Both the position numbers and the translations under genes were made by a program. A DNA stretch of 64,000 nt, taken from contig OZ024746.1 of NCBI GenBank assembly GCA_964016885.1, forward strand, positions 41,230,001-41,294,000, read 5' to 3'. Shown here one piece after another: positions 55,471 through 64,000 of the stretch. Position 1 is the stretch's first letter. Each line of letters begins with the position of its first letter. The notes beneath the pieces were generated by a model. That model was not told where the DNA came from and did no database searches. It was given only the letters and a program-made list of their open reading frames with translations. The stretch comes from Eledone cirrhosa (Eukaryota).

Positions 55471-56764
55471 ATATATAAAATCTCGAATGCAGAAAATAAG
55501 TGTGAACACAGTGGATTGCTATAAATACAAACTTAGAAAATCAGGCAAAATACCCCTATTGATAGAAAAAGTGGCTAGCAACCAGTATTATTAACAATCG
55601 ACTGTGTTCACAGTTATTTCATCTCACTCGATGTTCCAACAGTTTATTTATATATATGTCTATTTGAAGGAGTGTGGTTTAATGGTTTGATTCCTGGATC
55701 AAGTGATGCCCTGTATCCTTGAGATAGGCACTTTATTTTACATTGCTCCAGTTCATTCTGCCTGGGTTATACAAGCACTTCCTTGTCCCTATCGCTGTCA
55801 GAAAATGCAATGAACCAGTGATTAGCAAGTATAACATACAACTCCATATATGTTTTTGACATATAAGATCTCTTCAAATGTTTAATGTTCACTACATTAA
55901 ATATGGTGACACTAACTTGACTATTGATTTTCCTGCAGATGTTGTCCCTCAGTAATCAACTTATGCATTCACTCCAGCCCCTACCCAAGTAGTCAGAATG
56001 TTCAAAACTATATTTTAACTCTCAAAGGGTAAAATATTTCTGCCAAGTCTTTGTGAAAACAAGATATGCTGTTTGTTTGAAGTTTAAATTTCAAGAAAGT
56101 TGACTACTGAAGAATTTTGAACTTTTCTTGAAGATTTCCCTATTGTATGTTTTAGCGCAATTTAATTGTTTTGTAACTAAAAGAGTATTTCATGATTTTC
56201 TCTTATATACTTCTCCATTATTATAACAATAGACATTTATCAATATTAGCTACAGTATCCCTGTCAACAGAATCTAACAATAAACCATGGTTTTGATTCT
56301 TTGAGACAATTATTATCAATGTCATCATTTACTATTGAGACGTTCCTGTATTATTCTTCAGAAATGGCTTTTCATCACTAAATTCCCATTCATCTGAATA
56401 ATACTTTGCTTCTGGGAGAAATAAATCCAAGGCTATTAGAAGCATTGGTCAGTTTGTACAAGATAAATGGCTGCACTGCACTTCACATGTAATGTTAATG
56501 GATGAGGTGGGCTGTGTTAGGAGAAAAGGCTGTGAGCTGATTGTAGCTAGGAACTAAAGAAGATGATAAGAAAAATAAACCCCAAAGTGAGCTAAAGAGA
56601 TTTGATCATTTAAAAAGTTAAGTAGTTGGTTCATTAAGTTTGGTAATATATAATATAAAAATGTTAGGTAATATATAATATATATATATATATATATTTT
56701 AGCGTGGAAGATAGACATTAAACGATGGTGATGATATGTATATATATATATATATATATCATTA

Positions 56765-57053
56765 TTCATCATCATTTCATTTTACGTCCGCTTTTGCCTG
56801 CTTGCAAGGGTGGGACGGGAACTGATTCTGGTTTGATTTCTACAGCTGGATGCCCTTCCTAACACCAACCTCATTTACAGTGAGTGCTGGGTGCTTTTTT
56901 GCCGTGGCACCCCACGGCCACTTTGCAGTGGAATGATAGGGACTGGGGTCCCTATCATCTCATTTCTACAGCTGAGTAAACTGGAGCAATGTGAAATAAA
57001 GCGTCTTGCTCAAGGAAACAACACATCACCCGGTCTGAGAATTGAACTCACAC
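56765..57053 (-). mobile_element. SINE family C, 5'-truncated
   Basis: Reverse complement of the 55148 copy. Confidence 0.85.
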
Positions 57054-57331
57054 CCTATATATATATATATAAGGCAAACATACTTAAAGTGCTTGTTTTA
57101 TAGAAAGGTCAACTTATTTCACTAAATGGACATTAGTTCTTAACGTCCTGTACCACACGAAACCACATTAGCAAGATATTTTTGAAAAGTACAAACTAGC
57201 ACTTAGACTACATCAGATTAAAATGTCTTTACTCAAATACCGACATTTTTTCACACCAATCTGTCAACTAGCAAAGATTCTCTAAATATTTGAATTAGCA
57301 AACCTGTTTTCAAATATTTTCTGGTAAGTTA

Positions 57332-57560
57332 TTAACTCTTTACCATTTAAACCTGCCATATCCAGCCAGAATTCTCTCAACTCTTTCTTCTCAAACCAGC
57401 TGTAACTGGCCGCTCATATTGATGTTAAGGTATTGACCTAAACATAAATAACATCAAAATCTCGTAGATTCAATATTATGTGAAATAATTATGTAAGATA
57501 AAGCCGTTACTACAAAAATACAATCATATATATAGAGTAATGTAAATGCTAAAGTGCTAA
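57332..57560. mobile_element. piggyBac-like MITE family P1, diverged
   Basis: Homology to the 54751 copy. Confidence 0.7.
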
Positions 57561-59666
57561 AAGATGTTAAGAGATTAGGCTGCTGTTGATGAAGAGGGTG
57601 ATTTAGAGATAGCTGAAAAAAGTACCAGTCGATTACTGGGGTGGATTCTTCCCCTATATCTCATTCCCATTTCCTCTCTCTCACTCTCTATCTTTCTCTG
57701 GAAGAAATCTGCTGTACTCAGGCCTAGAGAGGGATGGGATCCGCCAGGCTTAAAATGGCCAAAAGATGCTGTATATCAATACAGCGCCCCTACGATGTTA
57801 TCAGGAGTTATGGGACAAAAGAAAGGAAAAGGAAAATAATTCAAGGATGCTGGTGGTCATGAAGTTTGATGGTAACCAAGTTATTGTTGTTGTTCCCAGG
57901 TCAGTACAGATCTAGCAGAGCTTATGATTAAAGACATTCAAGATTTGACCATACCTTCTTTTCTTTTTGAGAGTTTATTTAGGAACACATTATATATAAA
58001 GTCTCCCCTGCACAAGCTAAACCAATGCAATTATTAAATTAGCTGGACCAATAGAAATGCCATGATGGTTGAAAATTAAGATGCAATAATTACTCTGGCA
58101 CAATTTTGTTGGAGTAATTTATCACATGTGAATGAATATTGAATTATTTTATTTTGCCTCAACACCTAATAATTAATAATATTACGATCATTACACTGTT
58201 ATATCATTTGAATCATTATACCATTAATTATAATTATCAGAATTCATTTGATTAATTTAATATTTTTATATATAGAGTAATAGTTTTTCTTTTTTTGTTT
58301 TCCTTGTTTATTGGTATTAACTAACTTAACAAAAACATCAGTTAATTACCTAGCCCCAGAGAATACAACATATAACTGTCTATGACTAAATACTGGTTAA
58401 GTAAATCCCTATCTTATTAGAAGCTTCATCATGTGCTTTATTAAGTGTCATGGAATAAACTAATCTAACTGAAAAGTGAGGTTTTTCGTAAGAGGTTCAG
58501 TTTAACAAACAACAGTTAATTGCACTAAAGTGTATATGTTAAATAACTGATGATTGTCAAAACAAATTTTAGTTTAATAAAAAAACTAGTCTTCACCTTA
58601 TCCTTCCTCCCATAGCCACATCTACCACCAGTATCTCTTTAAAGCAATATCTCTATTGATAATAGCACCACTTTATAATAGCCACTGCTGTTCTTAGTAC
58701 ATCACATATGAGTATGTATGAGATTAAATGTTAGTAATTGCATCCTCTTTTTTCTGCCTCTCATCTTTACTACTTTCCCTCCATAAATATATAGGTGGCA
58801 AATTGGCAGTCATTAAAACGTCAGATAGAAGGCTTTATGGCATTCATCCCACCTCATTGCACAATCTGACTTCAAATCCTGCTGTGGTCAACTTTGCCTT
58901 TCATCCTTTTAAGGTCAATAAAAAAAGTACCAGTCCAGTACTGGGGTCAATTCTTCCTCTCTAGAAAAAAATTGGCTGTGTTCAGACCTGGAGAAGGTTG
59001 GGCTCTGCCAGGTTTAAAAATTCCCCAGACAAGCTGTATGATGGTACCTCTATGACACAAGAAGTTATGGGATTTTGTCCTCATCCCATCCTTATCCTTC
59101 ATAAATACTATTCTCTCTCTTTCTTTTTTTCCCTTCCCTTAGTCCTGTATACATATTAATATCATAAATACTGTTTAGTAAATTCTTCTGCTTCTCACAA
59201 CATAGTAAACTAGCTTACTGAAATTGTTGATATTCAACAAATCTTGAACATACTTGTTTGAGATTTAAGTGATTTTCAACTCTCCTTTTGAAGCCATACT
59301 TGACTTAATTGATAAATCTACATAAATATATTTAGATATAATAGCTGACATTGTCTTTCTAAACTTAAACATTACAGATGTCCATGGAAAATCTCACATC
59401 ATTGAAATTTAGATGCAGCAGTATCTCAGTGTAGTGCAAACATACCATTAAAAAAACATTATTTTTGAAGGCAGCATTATCTTAGAACAGAATCATGATC
59501 ATGATCATGATCATCATCATTGTTATTTTGTCCAGTATACTATAACTAGAGGTATTCTTGACACCAACCTTTACTTGCAAATTCACATGTCAAAATGCTG
59601 TGGGACATATTATTTGTGCAGGACATAAACAAATGTCAACATCTATGCTTGCAGTGTCAAATATAT

Positions 59667-59838
59667 ATATACTGTATTGTATAAAATACATGGTAAACTG
59701 GTATTTATTTTTACTTCATTTTCCAGCCTTCAGAAGTTTTCTGAAAGCTGGGGATTAAAGTAAAACCAGCTTCAGGGAACTCTGAGTACCTTAGAAGGTA
59801 TACACCAGTTTGCCATGTATTTTATACAATATAGTATA
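59667..59838. mobile_element. Fold-back MITE with ~35-bp inverted termini
   Basis: tatactgtattgtataaaatacatggtaaactggt / accagtttgccatgtattttatacaatatagtata. Confidence 0.7.
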
Positions 59839-60046
59839 TTTACCTCTATGATTACATATTGATGGATCTTTCTTTAGTGATTACAACCATACATTCAGGT
59901 AATATATATATTCTAACCCATGCTAGCGTGGAAAATGGACGTTAAACGAAGATGATGATGATGATGATATATATATATATCATCATCATCATTGTTTTTA
60001 CATCTGCTTTTCCATGCTTGCATGGGTGGGACGGTATTTATATGTA

Positions 60047-60077
<31 letters not shown>

Positions 60078-60434
60078 CACTTCCTCCCGTTTGGCTTGTA
60101 GTGGGTCTCTTCTTGCTTACATCTCACACACATCGGACGGTCTGTACCTCTCTCGCTCATGAAATCCACTCAGCTTATGCTGACCGGACAACCATGTTGC
60201 TTGTTGATTTTCCTATCTTCGGTTTGCTTTTATCCTTCTATGTTGTTTACTTGTCCCCCTCACTTTACGCGAATTACTGGTCCCAATAACTTTTTTTAGT
60301 TATTGCTCGCACCAACCTGAGGTATCTGATTTTTAATGCGATGAAATACCAATGATGGTTGGAAAATCACTGACGAAGGACTTTTTTATCATATGTAACC
60401 TATGTACAACCACGCAGTATTCTTTCTTCTCATG

Positions 60435-60493
<59 letters not shown>

Positions 60494-60633
60494 TGTTGAA
60501 GTTTCTGTGGAAAAAGTAAAAGGAATGAAGAGTGCTCTATGTAAGTAACAGAGCTAAATATTTAATGTATAATAAATAACACGTGTTGTTTATTATACAT
60601 TAAATATATATATATAGTTTTAATATAGATGAG

Positions 60634-60680
60634 TTTCTACAGGACTAGAACTGTTTCATTCTTTAGAAATCATCAGGAAT
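60634..60680 (-). ncRNA. Minimal type I hammerhead ribozyme
   Basis: ttc-CTGATGA-t-ttc-taaa-gaa-t-GAAA-CAG-ttctagtc-CTG-TA-gaa. Confidence 0.65.
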
Positions 60681-60775
60681 CTGGCTTTCCAAAATAAATG
60701 TTGTGGTATTTATATCTTTTCAGGTGGTAGGAGGGGGTTGGGAGTGGGATGGGTGGAGGTCATTGGTTGAAAGAA

Positions 60776-60998
60776 AAGGGAATTCATTAAAAGCTAATTC
60801 TTTAGAGCTATAATTTATATTTAGACTGACAAAGGCAGAAAGAATTCTATAAACAAGTTCAGATTGGGGTGCCACTCTTTATTTTTAATAAGGGAATTCA
60901 TTAAAAGCTAATTCTTTAAGGCTATAATTTATATTTAGAGTGACAAAGGCAGAAAGAATTCTATAAACAAGTTCAGATTGGGGTGCCACGCCTTATTT
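60776..60998. repeat. ~114-bp direct tandem duplication
   Basis: aagggaattcattaaaagc...gattggggtgccac twice. Confidence 0.9.
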
Positions 60999-61042
60999 TT
61001 AAAAATAAGGAATGGCACCCCAATCTTTAATCTGTTATCTTA

Positions 61043-61075
<33 letters not shown>

Positions 61076-61079
<4 letters not shown>

Positions 61080-61213
61080 GTGTCCCATAATGATGGAACA
61101 TTTAAATTTAACTCCACAGCATATGCATTAAAATACACATTTTAAATGCAGAAGAATGACCTTGTTCTTGAAAATTAAATACATAATGTGTCCCATCATT
61201 AGGGGATACTCTG
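61076..61213. mobile_element. Tc1/mariner MITE
   Basis: TIRs CAGAGTGTCCCATAATGATGG; TA flanks. Confidence 0.8.
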
Positions 61214-61854
61214 TATAAGTACAAAGTTCAGGATTTTTCTGACATAATCAAATGATACTAGGTATTCTGCCTACTATTCAACTGTTTCTACCACAAAATG
61301 CTAAATATTGTGCTCTATTATATCAGTCACTCCACTAATTTAAAATAGATTATTTTTAGAAAATAACTTTAAATTCATTTTCATCTCTTTCCCTTTTTAA
61401 CAGGGCTTTGGTGTACAAAAGAAGCTGAAGTATGCATTTTTTTTTTTTTGGTAATCCTTTGCATACAAACTCATCCAAACTGCTTTCAGGTCTAGAATAC
61501 AAAACTGTCCATTTTAGAATACAAAACTGTCCATATTTAAATAAAAAGCGTATTTTTTACCTTTATGCAAAAAATGTTTACTTATATTATGTTCCAAACA
61601 TCTGCTTAATATAGTAATAAATGTAAAAAAATAATTATTTAACAAAAGACAAAATTAATAGAAAGACACAAACAGTGTATTTCATTAGAAATATGATTAT
61701 TAAATGGTTATGAAATTTTATAAAAATTTAAACACCAACAACATTTGTTTCTTTCAGTATATTGGTTACACAGCTTCCAAATTTTAATGGTAGAGAAACA
61801 TGTGAAGTTGTAATGTTTATACATTTATAAGGAGCATTAATGATATAAGTGATG

Positions 61855-62251
61855 TTAAGCCTTTTGATATCAACCTGGCCAAAACTGGCTCTGTTTCTAT
61901 GAAACAAACCTCTATCTACTGTATATACTTGAATATAAGCCAATCCAAATACAAGTCGACCTATGTATGAGAAATCGGCAAAAATCCAAATCCCATTTAT
62001 AAGCTGAGACAGCTAATCAACACATTATGTTTAGATGGCAAACCCTCCCATTTTATCATCGATTTTTTGGTCACATATTCCTTAACTTATATTCAAGTAT
62101 ATACAGTAGTTTAAAATCTTCCAATATATCATATATAAGAACCATATGTTAAGCTACTATCTAAGTAATGAAATAAATATTTGAGTAAATCCCTCATGAA
62201 TTAATTGAAATACAGTGTATTTCATTGTAAATATGGTCATGAAAGGGTTAA
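61855..62251. mobile_element. piggyBac-like MITE (second family) hosting a nested MITE
   Basis: TTAA-GCCTTTTG...GAAAGGG-TTAA. Confidence 0.55.
61919..62106. mobile_element. TA-flanked Tc1/pogo-type MITE
   Basis: Perfect 21-bp TIRs ctgtatatacttgaatataag; TA on both sides. Confidence 0.85.
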
Positions 62252-62864
62252 ATGGGATTCAGTTAAGAATTGATACTGTGGCAGACTAGTCTATACAAAA
62301 CTAGATTAGAGTATCTTTATCTTGTCAGGAACTTATCATATGCTTCAAGGTGTTCATTATAGTTAATCACTATTATTAAATATAATTAAACAAAGTTAAT
62401 TGTGTTCAATGCTTTTTCATTGATTAGTCCATAGAAATTCTGTTCCAGCATGATTCCCAATAAAGTTAAGTATAGACAGTCAATTGCAACATGTATAGCA
62501 AATGACATCCATATTATTGTAAGACATTTCAAGAACAGTGTATAATAAATGTAATTTAGTTTTTTTTCTCTTTAAAATAATTAGCAATAACATTTTTCCT
62601 TTGTTTCATATTGAAAGGAAAATGTTTGTTTCACTTGAGTTTTTATTTTAAATTAATTGTCTTTTAATTTTCTGAAATGAAATTTCATAAAGGCTGGGTG
62701 AATTCATATACAACCCTATGCATTCATATACAACCCTATTATGCTTAACACTTTCTTACTGCTACTGCTATCTAATTATAACCAATTTGTTTGCACTATA
62801 TGCAAATGAGCATTTTTGACAAATGTTCATCACACAAAATCTATATAGATTTTAATCTGTTTAC

Positions 62865-62951
62865 ATCTCAGTACCGGTTGACTGAATGACACTGATGAGA
62901 GATTAACGAATCCTGAAACAGTTGTCAGGCATTCTCAACAGCTACTGAGAT
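62865..62951 (+). ncRNA. Type I hammerhead motif with extended stem I
   Basis: atctcagta..gttga..gaatg-aca-CTGATGA-gagatt-aacg-aatcct-GAAA-CAGTTG-TC-agg-cattc-tcaac..tactgagat. Confidence 0.65.
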
Positions 62952-63415
62952 ACTTGTTACTTGTTCATAGAGCAAAAGAGAGAAAAAATAATTTTTTCAT
63001 AATGAAAAAATATTTTTCCTTTGATAGTATGGCCCTCATATATTTATTGTATATGCTTTCATATACACCACTATTATGTATATATCATCACCATCATCAT
63101 CATTGTTTAGTGTCCATTTTCTATGCTAGCATGGGTAGGATGGTATGTCCCTTTGTGAAAGATCAGGTCGGAGGACCGTCTTTCACTCACGCAGAACTGA
63201 CTTTGACTTGGTTTCTACGGCTGTATGCCCTTCCTAACACCAACCACATTTACAGTGTATGCTGGGTGCTTTTTGTTGTGACACCTACATGACCACTTTA
63301 CAGTGTGGACTGGGAGCTTTTGTCTAGACACCTATATATATATGTATATATACTGAGAGGTTATAGGGATGCTGATGATAAATATCAACAATATCTGTAA
63401 GGTAGAATATGTTCA

Positions 63416-63485
<70 letters not shown>

Positions 63486-63712
63486 TATATACATACATAT
63501 ATATACATATACATATATATATACATATATATATATAAATACAATATCGGAGAAAGCTTTTTAGCGATACTCCGGCCAAATTCCAACTCACTCAACAAAC
63601 ATTAGGAAATAAGTGATTATATTCCCAATTATGTGTTCGGGGTGCTAACTAAAAGTATTGTGTGGAAAATTGGCTGTATTATTTCAAATGAGACATATCT
63701 AATATATCTCTT

Positions 63713-63839
63713 CCCAGACGGACATCTTGTTTCATTATAGGATTCCTACAATTTGGGTGAAATTATACCAATTTATGTAGGAGCTTGTATACCATCAATA
63801 GATATATATTCAAGTGGGCTCCTATAATTCATCAGTGGG
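63713..63839 (-). ncRNA. Type I hammerhead ribozyme with branched ~95-nt stem II domain
   Basis: ccca-CTGATGA-attatagga...tcctataat-GAAA-C..G-TC-tggg; perfect 9-bp stem II base. Confidence 0.78.
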
Positions 63840-64000
63840 TGCCCCAATAATACTAATATTGATAATCTAACCAACATCAGCATTTAGCGATAATCACTTT
63901 CTGTGCCTGAGGTATCTGTCAGGTTGTCAGTCCAATTATGTATATATATGTAGTTTCAGAAGATCCCGTTAAGGGTGAAAGCAGCGATTCTTTGCTTAAA

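Overview
AT-rich eukaryotic DNA, packed with (TA)n/(CA)n/(GA)n microsatellites and transposable elements. The SINE/LINE repertoire suggests a cephalopod (octopus-type) genome, which is an inference. Most ORFs in the track are microsatellite artefacts. Elements present: one RTE-clade LINE with an intact 1039-aa APE-RT ORF containing an internal PHD-like finger, plus a broken paralogue; two 5'-truncated CR1-group LINEs in opposite orientation; DD37D (maT) and mariner-type deletion derivatives; hAT-, piggyBac- and Tc1/mariner-type MITEs with several nested insertions; many tRNA-derived SINEs; and 48-bp and 34-bp minisatellites. The main unannotated signal is a dense set of type I hammerhead ribozyme motifs read by eye. 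Seven have an intact CUGANGA/GAAA/UH core and several more are decayed. They have palindromic or near-palindromic stem III and often a 65-95 nt branched stem II, and sit in non-coding Penelope/retrozyme-like repeats. Short minus-strand exon candidates hint at a host gene with alternative 3' ends, but this cannot be confirmed from sequence alone.
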